From the NCBI GenBank assembly GCA_038243675.1, contig JBBSQV010000001.1:20000-83999 (forward strand): a stretch of DNA of 64,000 nt. The letters are read 5' to 3'. Made by a program: the position numbers and the translations under genes. Every line of letters starts with the position of its first letter. The first letter of the stretch is position 1. The stretch is from Flavobacteriales bacterium (GTDB taxonomy: Bacteria; Bacteroidota; Bacteroidia; Flavobacteriales; Flavobacteriaceae). Positions 30,954-40,499 of the stretch are shown here, piece by piece. The notes beneath the pieces were generated by a model, which was not told the origin of the DNA, made no database searches, and worked only from the letters and a program-made list of their open reading frames with translations.

Positions 30954-32096
30954 ATGGAGGCAGAAAGCAAAATATGGTTATCATCCCCGCATATGGGAGG
31001 TAGTGAACAAAAATTTGTTCAAGAAGCATTTGACACTAATTGGGTAGCACCTTTAGGTCCTAACGTTTCAGGATTCGAAAATGATTTAGAATCTTATTTA
31101 GGCGAAAGTTCTGAAATTGCAGCATTAAGTTCAGGTACAGCTGCACTGCATTTAGGACTTATTATTTTAGGGGTTCAACCTGGTGATGAGGTAATTTGTC
31201 AAACATTTACTTTCTCTGCTTCTGCGAATCCCATTAAGTATTTGGGAGCTCATCCAGTTTTTGTGGACAGTGAGCCTAATACGTGGAATATGTGTCCAGA
31301 AGCTTTAGAAGAGGCAATTGTTGATCGTATAGAAAAAGGAAAAAAGCCGAAAGCAATTATACCAGTACATTTATATGGAATGCCATGTGCAATGGACGAA
31401 ATAATGGCTATTTCTGCAAAGTATGATATTCCCGTTTTGGAAGATGCTGCTGAAGCACTCGGGAGTACTTACAAAGGAAGAAAATGTGGAACATTTGGTC
31501 ACCTTGCTGCTTTGTCTTTTAATGGGAATAAAATTATTACGACCTCAGGTGGAGGCGCTTTAGTATCGCAAGATGCGGAGGAGAAAAATTTAGCAGTTTT
31601 TTTAGCAACTCAGGCTAGAGATCAAGCGCCTCATTATCAGCATTCGCAGGTTGGTTATAATTACCGAATGAGCAATATATGTGCCGGTATAGGGCGCGGA
31701 CAGATGGAAGTTCTTGATGCACATATAGCTTTGAGACGCAACATGAATCAATTTTATAAAGACTACTTTACGAATATTGAAGGAGTTAAAGTTTTTTCTG
31801 AACCTACAGAAGATTATTATTCTAACCACTGGTTGAGCGCTATTATATTAGACTCAGCAAAGCTTGGTGGAAAAACCAGCACTGCTCTTAGAGAATTTTT
31901 AGATACTTATAATATTGAAAGCAGGCCCTTGTGGAAACCAATGCACTTGCAGCCTGTATTTGACGGTGCAGCTTATTACGGCGGTACGGTTGCTGAAGAT
32001 TTATTTGGAAACGGTCTTTGTTTGCCTTCCGGATCTAATTTAACCGATTCTCACAGAAATCGTATAAAGTCTGCATTAAACGAATTTTTTATATAA
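30954..32096 (+). CDS. PglE/EpsN-like sugar C4 aminotransferase
   Basis: IWLSSPHM, SSGTAALHL, EDAAEALG, SFNGNKIITTSGGG, GYNYRMSN, RPLWKPMH. Confidence 0.92.
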   Translation: MEAESKIWLSSPHMGGSEQKFVQEAFDTNWVAPLGPNVSGFENDLESYLGESSEIAALSSGTAALHLGLIILGVQPGDEVICQTFTFSASANPIKYLGAHPVFVDSEPNTWNMCPEALEEAIVDRIEKGKKPKAIIPVHLYGMPCAMDEIMAISAKYDIPVLEDAAEALGSTYKGRKCGTFGHLAALSFNGNKIITTSGGGALVSQDAEEKNLAVFLATQARDQAPHYQHSQVGYNYRMSNICAGIGRGQMEVLDAHIALRRNMNQFYKDYFTNIEGVKVFSEPTEDYYSNHWLSAIILDSAKLGGKTSTALREFLDTYNIESRPLWKPMHLQPVFDGAAYYGGTVAEDLFGNGLCLPSGSNLTDSHRNRIKSALNEFFI

Positions 32097-32144
32097 TTTA
32101 TAACTGATCGTTTAGTTTCCACGTCGTCGATAAAATGTTTATGT

Positions 32145-34106
32145 ATGAAAAAAGAGCTATTTAATTTAATTGCAAAAAAAATACCCGATAGTCAGTTCAC
32201 ATCTATTGGTTACTTGCCGAGATGGATTATATTTTTAATTGATTGTTTTATAGTTCTTATTTCCTGCGTTATTACCTATATGGTAGTAGGTAGTCTGTCT
32301 CCAACAGCGCAAGATGACTTAAATTATTTGCCAGCCTACTTGTTAGTTGTTATAATTAATGCTTTGTTTTTTTTAGTATTTAGAACGTATTCAGGAATTA
32401 TTAGGCATTCTACTTTTATTGATGGAGTTAAGTTATTAGTAAGTACAGCCGTAGCATTTATTATACTAATTGTTTTTAATTATAGCTGGATCTACATCGC
32501 GGGACAGAAAATATTTATTTCTACGGCGCTGTTCATAAATTTCATAGTATCATTTCTTTTATTGTTCTTATTTAGAATTTTAGTTAAGAATGTTTTTGAA
32601 TCTTACAGTCGAGCTACCGAAAAGAATCAGTTAATAAACACTGTTATCTATGGTGCGGACGCTAATGCTATATCAATTGCAAATGCTTTAAAAACGGAGG
32701 TTCCAGCACGTTATAGAGTTAGGGGGTTTATCGATAAGTATCATGTTTCAAGAAATTCGAAAAGAATTTTAAATCTTCCTATTGTAAGCGAGAATAGGAA
32801 GGTATCTGTAATATTAAGATTGTTGAAAGCTGATGCACTTATTATCGCTGAAAAAGGTTTAACGCAAGCAGAAACAGTAGCGATTGTTGATGAATGCTTG
32901 GAATATAAATTTAAAGTTTTTACAGTTCCCCTGATAACAGATTGGGAGGATTCTTCGGCGATATCACAAAAAGTAAAAAGTTTTGCGATTGAAGATTTAT
33001 TAGGTAGAAAGCCTATTAAGCTTAATATGGATGCCATCTCTTCTCAACTCGACAATAAAGTTGTTTTAATAACAGGTGCTGCAGGATCTATAGGTAGCGA
33101 AATTGTACGTCAGGTTTTGGAATTTAAACCGACTAGAATTATAGTACTGGACCAAGCAGAAACACCATTACATTCTTTAACTCTAGAAATCGCTGCGTTG
33201 GAAAAAGGCATTGAAGTTATTGCAGTTTTGGCTGATATTCGATATTTGTCTGGTCTCGAAAATGTATTTGAGGAATATCGACCTCATGTTGTTTATCACG
33301 CTGCTGCCTATAAACACGTACCACTTGTAGAAAGTAATCCCTGTCAGGCAGTTTTAACCAATGTTATTGGTACAAGAAATGTTGCCGATCTCGCGAATTT
33401 TTATGAAGTTGAAAGATTCGTAATGGTCTCGACGGACAAGGCCGTAAATCCTAGCAATGTGATGGGCGCAAGTAAACGAATTGCTGAAAAGTATGTGCAA
33501 TCTTTACAACAGCAAGTGCTTTCAGAAGGAAAGACTACAAAATTCATTACTACTAGATTTGGAAATGTATTAGGATCAAACGGTTCAATTGTTCCGCTTT
33601 TCGCAAAACAAATAGAGCAAGGTGGGCCTTTAACAATAACTCATCCCGACATCATAAGATATTTTATGACTATTCCTGAAGCGTGTCAACTTGTTTTGGA
33701 AGCAGGTACGATGGGCCACGGTGGAGAGATTTTCATTTTTGATATGGGGCAACCTGTAAAAATCATAGATCTTGCGAGAAAAATGATTGGATTGGCCGGA
33801 TTTACACCAGATGAGGATATTGAAATTAGAGTTATTGGACTTCGTCCTGGCGAAAAATTATATGAAGAACTATTAAATGATGATTCAAAGACACTACCCA
33901 CATATAATGAGCAAATAATGATTGCTTTAGATAGCAGTTTAGAATACAAAAAACTTTGTTCTGATATAGAAATTCTTTTGCAATTTTCAAAAAGCAGATC
34001 GAACGACAATATAGTTGGTCAGATGAAGAAAATAGTGCCAGAGTTTAAAAGTATGAATTCTGTCTTCCAGACTCTCGATCTCAAAGAAGATTTCGTAGGT
34101 AATTAA
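32145..34106 (+). CDS. PglF/CapD/WbpM-like membrane-bound UDP-GlcNAc 4,6-dehydratase
   Basis: Four N-terminal TM helices, IEDLLGR, TGAAGSIGSE, HAAAYKHVP, STDKAVNP, RFGNVLGS, GLRPGEKLYEEL. Confidence 0.93.
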   Translation: MKKELFNLIAKKIPDSQFTSIGYLPRWIIFLIDCFIVLISCVITYMVVGSLSPTAQDDLNYLPAYLLVVIINALFFLVFRTYSGIIRHSTFIDGVKLLVSTAVAFIILIVFNYSWIYIAGQKIFISTALFINFIVSFLLLFLFRILVKNVFESYSRATEKNQLINTVIYGADANAISIANALKTEVPARYRVRGFIDKYHVSRNSKRILNLPIVSENRKVSVILRLLKADALIIAEKGLTQAETVAIVDECLEYKFKVFTVPLITDWEDSSAISQKVKSFAIEDLLGRKPIKLNMDAISSQLDNKVVLITGAAGSIGSEIVRQVLEFKPTRIIVLDQAETPLHSLTLEIAALEKGIEVIAVLADIRYLSGLENVFEEYRPHVVYHAAAYKHVPLVESNPCQAVLTNVIGTRNVADLANFYEVERFVMVSTDKAVNPSNVMGASKRIAEKYVQSLQQQVLSEGKTTKFITTRFGNVLGSNGSIVPLFAKQIEQGGPLTITHPDIIRYFMTIPEACQLVLEAGTMGHGGEIFIFDMGQPVKIIDLARKMIGLAGFTPDEDIEIRVIGLRPGEKLYEELLNDDSKTLPTYNEQIMIALDSSLEYKKLCSDIEILLQFSKSRSNDNIVGQMKKIVPEFKSMNSVFQTLDLKEDFVGN

Positions 34107-34117
34107 TATGATAATAG

Positions 34118-34125
34118 TATATTTG
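34118..34125 (+). promoter_or_regulatory. Bacteroidota -7 promoter box upstream of wza
   Basis: TATATTTG, 20 nt before ATG 34146. Confidence 0.5.
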
Positions 34126-34145
34126 CAAATTCAATAAAAATATTC

Positions 34146-34910
34146 ATGAATAAATTTCAAAAGTTTTTACTTTTTATAGTAACTATTTCGGTAGCTTCTT
34201 GTGCTTCGCGAAAAGATCTAGCTTACCTTCAAGATGTCAATTCAGGTTCAGAAATGGAGAGTTTCTATTCATTTGAACCTACGCTGAAAGTAGATGATTT
34301 ACTCAGCATTATAGTTTCAGCAGAAACTCCAGAGGTTACAGTACCTTTTAATCTTCCGCAAATTCAAGGTAACTACGAAATTGGTAATAATCAGAATGGA
34401 ATAAAGACTTACTTAATAGATGCAAATGGTAATATAGATTTCCCCGTAGTTGGAAGTATTTCGCTTGCAGGTTTGAGTAGAACAGACGCGGTTGAAAAGA
34501 TCCAAGATGCAGTAGCGCTTTATATTATTAATCCATCAATTAATCTTAGAATCTTGAATTATAAAGTTTCAATAATAGGCGAGGTGGCAAGGCCAGGAAA
34601 CTATCAGTTACAGAGCGAACGTATAACTTTATTAGAGGCTCTGAGCATGGCCGGAGATTTGACAATTTACGGAAAAAGAGATAATATCCTGTTAATAAGA
34701 GAAGTAGATGGTAAAAAGTCTTTTAATCGAGTGGATATTACTTCAGCAGATTTTATTAATAGCTCTTTCTACTATTTAACGCAGAATGATCAAATTGTAG
34801 TAGAACCGAATAAGGCGCGTATGAATGCTTCAGCGGTGGGTCCAAATATTCCAATAATTATATCTGCACTTTCAATATTAGTATCACTGTCGATAATTCT
34901 TTTTAGATAA
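34146..34910 (+). CDS. wza: Polysaccharide export lipoprotein (OPX)
   Basis: Lipobox-like VASC, DDLLSI, GNIDFP, GEVARPG, LLEALSMAGDLT. Confidence 0.92.
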   Translation: MNKFQKFLLFIVTISVASCASRKDLAYLQDVNSGSEMESFYSFEPTLKVDDLLSIIVSAETPEVTVPFNLPQIQGNYEIGNNQNGIKTYLIDANGNIDFPVVGSISLAGLSRTDAVEKIQDAVALYIINPSINLRILNYKVSIIGEVARPGNYQLQSERITLLEALSMAGDLTIYGKRDNILLIREVDGKKSFNRVDITSADFINSSFYYLTQNDQIVVEPNKARMNASAVGPNIPIIISALSILVSLSIILFR

Positions 34911-34912
34911 TT

Positions 34913-37264
34913 ATGCAAAATCAAAACTCCTTTAATAATCAAGAAGAAGAACAAGACTCCATAAATATTGCGGAACTGCTTCAGCACTATATGCAACATT
35001 GGAAATGGTTCGTACTATCTATTATTTTATGTGTTGCTGCAGCTATATTTTTCGTCCGTTATAGCACTCCAATATATAAAGCGTCCTCTACAATATTAGT
35101 TAAAGATGATAGAAAAGGGGGACTTCAATCTGAACTCACAGCTTTCTCAGACCTTGGGATGATGGGAGGAGTAAAAAGTAATGTTGATAATGAGATCGAG
35201 GTTATAAAATCGCGAACTATTGTAGAAAAAGCGGTTAAAGCCTTAAATTTTAATATCAGTTACTATAGCGACGGAAGAGTGCGCGGTTTTGAAATTTATA
35301 AAAATAAACCTATCTCGGTAACTTTCGTAGAAACTCAACCGTCTTTTTATCAGCAGTCGCGTAGTTTTCAGCTCAAATCGAAATCAAAAACACAATTCCA
35401 ATTACTTTCAGCAGAGGGAGTCGTTATTGGAACTTATAAATACGGTGAATTACTTTCCATGGACTATGCCAAAATGTTAGTAATAAATCATGACAATTCA
35501 GCCTCAAGTTATAATATTATTGTAGCGATTAGCAATCTTCACTCAGCAGTCCAAAGATATAAAGGGCGTCTAATCATTGGTACTGTTGGGAAAAATACTT
35601 CGGTAGTTGAATTATCTTTAACTGACCCAGTAAAAGAGAAAGCGGAAGCAATCATTGACGAAATTGTTAAGCAGTATAATGAGGATGCGATCGAGGACAA
35701 AAATTATATTTCGAGAAATACTGAAAAATTTATTAGCGGCAGACTAGAAATTATCTCCAAAGAACTTGGCGATGTTGAGAAGAATGCAGAAGGTTTTAAA
35801 GCGTCAAACCAAATCACCGATGTCGTTGCGAATGCTGAGGTTTATCTGCAAAACTCAGTTGTGTTTGAAAAGGAACTAATAGATGCAGAGACAAAACTTC
35901 GAGTTGTTGCATCAATGATGGAATTTTTAAAAACGAATAAAAATCAGCTTATTCCAAGCAATATAATTCCGGACGAAGGAACAGCTTCTACTTTGATTTC
36001 TGAGCATAATCAAGCTATGCTGGAGAGAGATCGCATCTCTAAGAACAGTACCGATCGCAACTCTGTTGTAATAAACCTTAATAGCCGCATAGATGACTTG
36101 CGTGGAAATATTATCGAAAGTTTATCTCGATTGACTGCGGCGATTAAAATAAAGAAGACAGAACTTGAGCGTCAAGTAAATATGACTGCTGGAAAAATAT
36201 CTCAGATTCCTGGACAGGAAAGACAGTTTCGAATCATTGATAGACAACAAAAGATCAAGGAAACGCTGTATCTATATTTGTTACAAAAACGCGAAGAGAC
36301 GGCCCTAGCTCTAGCGGCAACTGAACCAAATGCAAAAGTAATTGATACTGCGATTTCTTCTGATTCACCAGTGTCGCCTAAGAAAAACATTATCTTTTTA
36401 GGAGCGTTTGTTATTGGATTACTAATACCTTTTGCTATAATTTACTTAATGGATTTATTAGACACGAAAGTCAAAACGCGTCTCGATGTCGAAAAATTAA
36501 ATATTCCATTCTTGGGAGATATTCCTACTGCTGATTCTCATGAAGAAATTATTAATACAAATAGTAGGTCTAGTTCAGCTGAAGCAATCCGCATTGTGAG
36601 GACAAATTTAGAGTTTATGCTTACTGAGGTTCCAGAAGGAAAAGCAAAGACGATCTTCATTACTTCTACCTTACCAAAAGAAGGGAAGACATTTGTAACT
36701 GCGAATCTAGCCTCTACAATGGCATTGTCCAATAAGAAAGTGTTATTGATAGGTCTCGACATTAGAAATCCAAAATTGACAAGTTATTACGACATCCCAA
36801 CTATGGGTATCACGAACTTTTTGGCTCAGACTGATCAGCCTATTGAGGATTATATTGCAAAGATTAATGGATATGATAATCTGTACGTTTTACCTCCAGG
36901 TGCGATTCCTCCAAACCCTGTTGAACTCCTATTAAATAAACGTGTGGATACAATGTTTGATACTTTAAAAGATCAATATGACTATATAGTGGTAGATACC
37001 GCACCAGTCAGCGTTGTCACCGATACACTTCTAATCGCTAAAAATGCCGACGCCTTTATTTACGTAGTCCGTGCAAATTACTTAGAAAAACGTTTGCTTA
37101 AAGTAATGGAGTCTTTCTATAAGCAAGGGAAGCTACCAAATATGTCTGTAATTTTAAATGACAGTGACTGGACAAAATCATTTGGCTACGGCTACGGCTA
37201 CGGTTATGGCTATGGAGAAGATGTTCAATCTAAAACGTGGTGGCAAAAATTACGAAAAAAGTAA
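34913..37264 (+). CDS. wzc: Polysaccharide co-polymerase / BY tyrosine kinase
   Basis: Two TM helices, Walker A PKEGKT, DIRNP, VVDTAP, C-terminal GYGYGYGYGY tyrosine cluster. Confidence 0.95.
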   Translation: MQNQNSFNNQEEEQDSINIAELLQHYMQHWKWFVLSIILCVAAAIFFVRYSTPIYKASSTILVKDDRKGGLQSELTAFSDLGMMGGVKSNVDNEIEVIKSRTIVEKAVKALNFNISYYSDGRVRGFEIYKNKPISVTFVETQPSFYQQSRSFQLKSKSKTQFQLLSAEGVVIGTYKYGELLSMDYAKMLVINHDNSASSYNIIVAISNLHSAVQRYKGRLIIGTVGKNTSVVELSLTDPVKEKAEAIIDEIVKQYNEDAIEDKNYISRNTEKFISGRLEIISKELGDVEKNAEGFKASNQITDVVANAEVYLQNSVVFEKELIDAETKLRVVASMMEFLKTNKNQLIPSNIIPDEGTASTLISEHNQAMLERDRISKNSTDRNSVVINLNSRIDDLRGNIIESLSRLTAAIKIKKTELERQVNMTAGKISQIPGQERQFRIIDRQQKIKETLYLYLLQKREETALALAATEPNAKVIDTAISSDSPVSPKKNIIFLGAFVIGLLIPFAIIYLMDLLDTKVKTRLDVEKLNIPFLGDIPTADSHEEIINTNSRSSSAEAIRIVRTNLEFMLTEVPEGKAKTIFITSTLPKEGKTFVTANLASTMALSNKKVLLIGLDIRNPKLTSYYDIPTMGITNFLAQTDQPIEDYIAKINGYDNLYVLPPGAIPPNPVELLLNKRVDTMFDTLKDQYDYIVVDTAPVSVVTDTLLIAKNADAFIYVVRANYLEKRLLKVMESFYKQGKLPNMSVILNDSDWTKSFGYGYGYGYGYGEDVQSKTWWQKLRKK

Positions 37265-37274
37265 GATTAATAAC

Positions 37275-37308
37275 AAAAGAGGAATATGCCACAGCATATT
37301 CCTCTTTT
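37275..37308. terminator. Bidirectional intrinsic terminator between convergent wzc and wzb
   Basis: Perfect 15-bp stem AAAAGAGGAATATGC-CACA-GCATATTCCTCTTTT. Confidence 0.85.
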
Positions 37309-37316
37309 TCTTTTGA

Positions 37317-37377
37317 GACAGCTGACAGCTAACAACTGTTAACAATTAACTCTTAACAATTAACTGCAAACAGTAAA
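37317..37377 (-). repeat. Degenerate heptamer array (TTnnnnG)
   Basis: Minus strand directly after the wzb TAG: TTTACTG TTTGCAG TTAATTG TTAAGAG TTAATTG TTAACAG TTG TTAGCTG TCAGCTG. Confidence 0.7.
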
Positions 37378-38115
37378 CTATTCTCTAAACAAATTCGTAT
37401 TCTCAATCGCCGTCTTTATTGCGTCTTTTTCTTTAATAGTAATTTGTTTGTAGAAAGATTCAGTATGCTTCAGATGGTGCACATCAGATCCGCAAAAGTC
37501 AATAAAACCTTTTTTGAGTAATTTATCTGCGCATTCGGCTACCGAAGTGCTATAATAACCCACTGTCGATAATAAATTCATTTGGAAGAGACAACCGGCA
37601 TTTCGCAGTTTCTCGTATGCCTCCATATTTTTATGGAAAAAATTGTAACGTTCAGGATGAGCTAAGACAGGTTTGTATCCTGCACACTGAAGTTCGAAAA
37701 CAATATCAAACAACTGAATCGGCGGATTTGTGTATGACATTTCGACCAGTACATAATTATCTTTTAAGCACAATAATTCTTTAGCCTTTACTTTCTGAGA
37801 AAAGCTACTATCCATCATATATTCGGCTGCATGACGTATGTTTATATTGAGTAGCTGAAAATTTTCAGAAGCCTGAATATCTTTTTGTGCAGAAGAAATT
37901 GAGTCTGGAGTATTATCCCAGATGCTCGTCATAATATGAGGAGTACAAATGAAATCTGAAAATCCTATTTTCTTCATTTCAGAAAATAGTCTTTCACTCA
38001 TTTCAACACTTGGAGATCCATCGTCAATACCCGGAAGTAAATGCGAATGTATATCAATATGATTGTCCGGAATAAGGTCTACTAGGTAGACTTTAGGTTT
38101 AAAAATTGAAAACAA
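37378..38115 (-). CDS. PHP-family tyrosine phosphatase (CpsB/CapC type)
   Basis: DIHSHLLPGIDDG, CTPH, AAEY, LAHPERY, GSDVHH; next to wzc. Confidence 0.92.
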   Translation of the reverse strand: MFSIFKPKVYLVDLIPDNHIDIHSHLLPGIDDGSPSVEMSERLFSEMKKIGFSDFICTPHIMTSIWDNTPDSISSAQKDIQASENFQLLNINIRHAAEYMMDSSFSQKVKAKELLCLKDNYVLVEMSYTNPPIQLFDIVFELQCAGYKPVLAHPERYNFFHKNMEAYEKLRNAGCLFQMNLLSTVGYYSTSVAECADKLLKKGFIDFCGSDVHHLKHTESFYKQITIKEKDAIKTAIENTNLFRE

Positions 38116-38262
38116 GATTTTGGGGGTTTTTAGGTTTATAAAAAATTAGAGTAGGTTCTAATAAAATTTTAGTAAACTATTTTGTGATTATTCACGTAGT
38201 AGTTTTAACTGTCAATATAATCATTTATTCAAATTGTAGTAGGTCGGAGTTTAAATAAAAAA

Positions 38263-38973
38263 TTAAATATCACATTCGTCTGTAGTGCAGCTGCCACTAT
38301 CCGCCTCGCTTTTGTTTTCCTTAATATTTTTTGTATTATTTTCTGCATAGGCCTGCCTCAAGATTTGCGCAATTGTACTTATAGGTTGTGCTCCTGATAT
38401 CGCATACGTATTATTTACAAAAAAGAAGGGAACTCCTTTCACTCCAAGTTTCTGAGCTTCTGCGATGTCAGATTGCACAGCATCTCTTCCTTGATCAGAT
38501 GCAAAATATTGTATAGCTTCTTGTTTGTCAAGACCGAGACTATCTGCCAAATCTGCTAAAACTTCAAGATCTCCAATATTTTTATTGTCTGTAAAATATG
38601 CTTTAAAAAGCGCTTCTTCCATTTGACTTCCAAGTCCACGATTTTGAGCAAAATGAATCATTCGGTGCGCCATCATAGTATTTACAGGAATAGATTTTTC
38701 TTGATTAAACGTAATTCCCACAGCTTTGCCTCGCTCAGTGATTTGATCTAACATTTGCTGACTTTGCTCTGCGCTCATCCCTTTTCTCTTTGTAAGATAA
38801 TCCATCACCGTTTCTGTACTTCCTTCCGTTGGAAGAGTAGGGTCAAGTTGAAAGCTTTTCCAGACTACCTCAATTTCATCTCGAAAAGACATTTGAGCTT
38901 TTGCAACTTCAAAATGTCGTTTTCCGATATAGCAAAATGGACACATAATATCCGACCATATTTCAATTTTCAT
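38263..38973 (-). CDS. DsbA-family oxidoreductase, FrnE-like
   Basis: WSDIMCPFCYIGK, SFQLDP, GVKGVPFF, SGAQP, C-terminal SCTTDEC. Confidence 0.92.
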   Translation of the reverse strand: MKIEIWSDIMCPFCYIGKRHFEVAKAQMSFRDEIEVVWKSFQLDPTLPTEGSTETVMDYLTKRKGMSAEQSQQMLDQITERGKAVGITFNQEKSIPVNTMMAHRMIHFAQNRGLGSQMEEALFKAYFTDNKNIGDLEVLADLADSLGLDKQEAIQYFASDQGRDAVQSDIAEAQKLGVKGVPFFFVNNTYAISGAQPISTIAQILRQAYAENNTKNIKENKSEADSGSCTTDECDI

Positions 38974-38996
38974 AATTTTTATTTATGTAGTTAGTC

Positions 38997-39004
38997 CAAA
39001 GATA
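38997..39004 (-). promoter_or_regulatory. Bacteroidota -7 promoter box for the FrnE-like gene
   Basis: Minus strand TATCTTTG, 23 nt upstream of the start codon. Confidence 0.55.
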
Positions 39005-39070
39005 GGAATTATAAGTAAAAAGGGACGAGAGATTAGAATTAGAATTATGCTATGATTTTCGAATAATTTT

Positions 39071-39190
39071 ATTTGGGCGTTCCCTTCGGGCGGGTTTTCC
39101 ACTCCCAATCTTTTTGGGCAGAAAAAGCCCAAAAAGGATTTGCTTTGCCAGTTCGCTTCGCTCGGGTTCGCTCCACCCCCTAACGCAAAA
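39071..39190 (+). ncRNA. Flavo-1-like structured repeat/RNA element, copy 1
   Basis: GC-rich island ATTTGGGCGTTCCCTTCGGG..TCCCAATCTTTTTGGGC-loop-GCCCAAAAAGGATTT..CCCTAACGCAAAA. Terminal GCGTT/AACGC pairing and a C(UUCG)G loop. A homologous copy lies at 52520-52668. The Flavo-1 name is from memory of that motif, not from a search. Confidence 0.6.
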
Positions 39191-39226
39191 GAAGGATGAT
39201 CGACGAATATTATTATGTACGAATTA

Positions 39227-39288
39227 GATTTACAATATCTGATTTGCGAAACTCGATTTACGATTAAAATTGATGATATTCGACTTAC
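39227..39288 (+). repeat. Degenerate 7/14-nt periodic array (GATTTAC type)
   Basis: GATTTAC AATATCT GATTTGC GAAACTC GATTTAC GATTAAA ATTGAT GATATTC GACTTAC. Confidence 0.45.
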
Positions 39289-39348
39289 ATTTGAGGTTTT
39301 TAAATTAGGTTTACTATTCTAATCCAGATGATATTTGTGATAAGTGGA

Positions 39349-39380
39349 TTGACAACTATAAAGGCAAATTCTTAAATTTG
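39349..39380 (+). promoter_or_regulatory. Probable Bacteroidota promoter for wzm
   Basis: TTG (39349-39351), 21-nt spacer, TAAATTTG (39373-39380). Confidence 0.55.
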
Positions 39381-39428
39381 TCAAACAAAAAGTTTAATTT
39401 TCAAGTCGCTAATATTGTATCGAAAAAC

Positions 39429-39476
39429 CTAACAGCTAACAGCTAACCGCTAACAGCTAACAGCTAAAAGCTAACA
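39429..39476 (+). repeat. Tandem heptamer array, about 7 copies of CTAACAG
   Basis: CTAACAG CTAACAG CTAACCG CTAACAG CTAACAG CTAAAAG CTAACA, ending 24 nt before the wzm ATG. Confidence 0.95.
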
Positions 39477-39500
39477 TTTAAAGGCTATTTAAAAAACCAT

Positions 39501-40367
39501 ATGAATAATTTGCCACAAGAAGAAGAATGGTTATTTGAAATTACGCCAAAAAATAAGTTTTTGACGCTCAATCTAAAAGAGATTTGGCAGTACCGAGACT
39601 TATTGATGCTTTTTGTCAAGCGTGACGTAGTGACTGTGTACAAGCAAACAATATTAGGACCACTGTGGTACCTGATTCAGCCGCTATTTACTTCGATAAT
39701 TTTCACTATTATCTTCAATAATGTTGCCGGTATTGACACTGGCTCTGTGCCGCCATTTTTATTTAACCTTGCAGGAATTACAATTTGGAATTATTTCACC
39801 GCCTGCCTCAACGATACCTCCGATACTTTCAAGAAAAACGCAGCTATTTTTGGCAAGGTATATTTTCCCAGAGTCATTATGCCATTATCGGTGGTAGTGT
39901 CAAATTTATTAAAGTTTGGAATTCAGTTTGCAATTTTTATAGCTTTTTATATCTACTATTATTTTCAAGGAGCCGATATAGGTGTCAACGGCATCGCAGT
40001 ATTTTTTCCGATTCTAGTTGTTATGATGGGAATTTTAGGACTTGGATTGGGAATGATTATATCGTCTCTCGTTACCAAATATCGAGATTTTACTTATCTG
40101 ATAGGATTTGGCGTGCAACTGCTCATGTATCTCTCAGCAGTGATGTATCCAATGGCGCTTCTCAAAGAAAAACTTCCGAAATATGGGTGGCTAGTCGATT
40201 TTAATCCGCTCGCCTATATTGTCGAAACAACTAGATATATGCTTCTTGATACAGGCGAAATCTCACTTGTAGGCTTACTAGTCACCTTTGCACTCACGAT
40301 TTTTATTTTCATTGTCGGGCTTCTAGTATTTAATAAAACCGAGAAAAGTTTTATCGATACGGTTTAG
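39501..40367 (+). CDS. wzm: ABC-2 polysaccharide export permease
   Basis: YRDLL, YKQTILGPLW, KVYFPR, KYRD, NPL; six TM helices. Confidence 0.93.
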   Translation: MNNLPQEEEWLFEITPKNKFLTLNLKEIWQYRDLLMLFVKRDVVTVYKQTILGPLWYLIQPLFTSIIFTIIFNNVAGIDTGSVPPFLFNLAGITIWNYFTACLNDTSDTFKKNAAIFGKVYFPRVIMPLSVVVSNLLKFGIQFAIFIAFYIYYYFQGADIGVNGIAVFFPILVVMMGILGLGLGMIISSLVTKYRDFTYLIGFGVQLLMYLSAVMYPMALLKEKLPKYGWLVDFNPLAYIVETTRYMLLDTGEISLVGLLVTFALTIFIFIVGLLVFNKTEKSFIDTV

Positions 40368-40395
40368 TTGGGAATTGGGGATTGGGAATTGGAAA
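40368..40395 (+). repeat. Heptamer array, 4 copies of TTGG(G/A)(A/G)A
   Basis: TTGGGAA TTGGGGA TTGGGAA TTGGAAA, directly after the wzm TAG. Confidence 0.9.
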
Positions 40396-40499
40396 AAGGA
40401 CTATTATGGGCTGGGTAAACGGATTCAGGAAGTTTAATTTGGAACTATTTTTTGATCAGATACAATTTTTAATTTACATTGCAATTTAAATTTAATCTT

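Noticed and set aside
37184-37216. GGCTAC/GGTTAT hexamer repeat
   Set aside because: It encodes the normal Gly-Tyr autophosphorylation cluster of Wzc.
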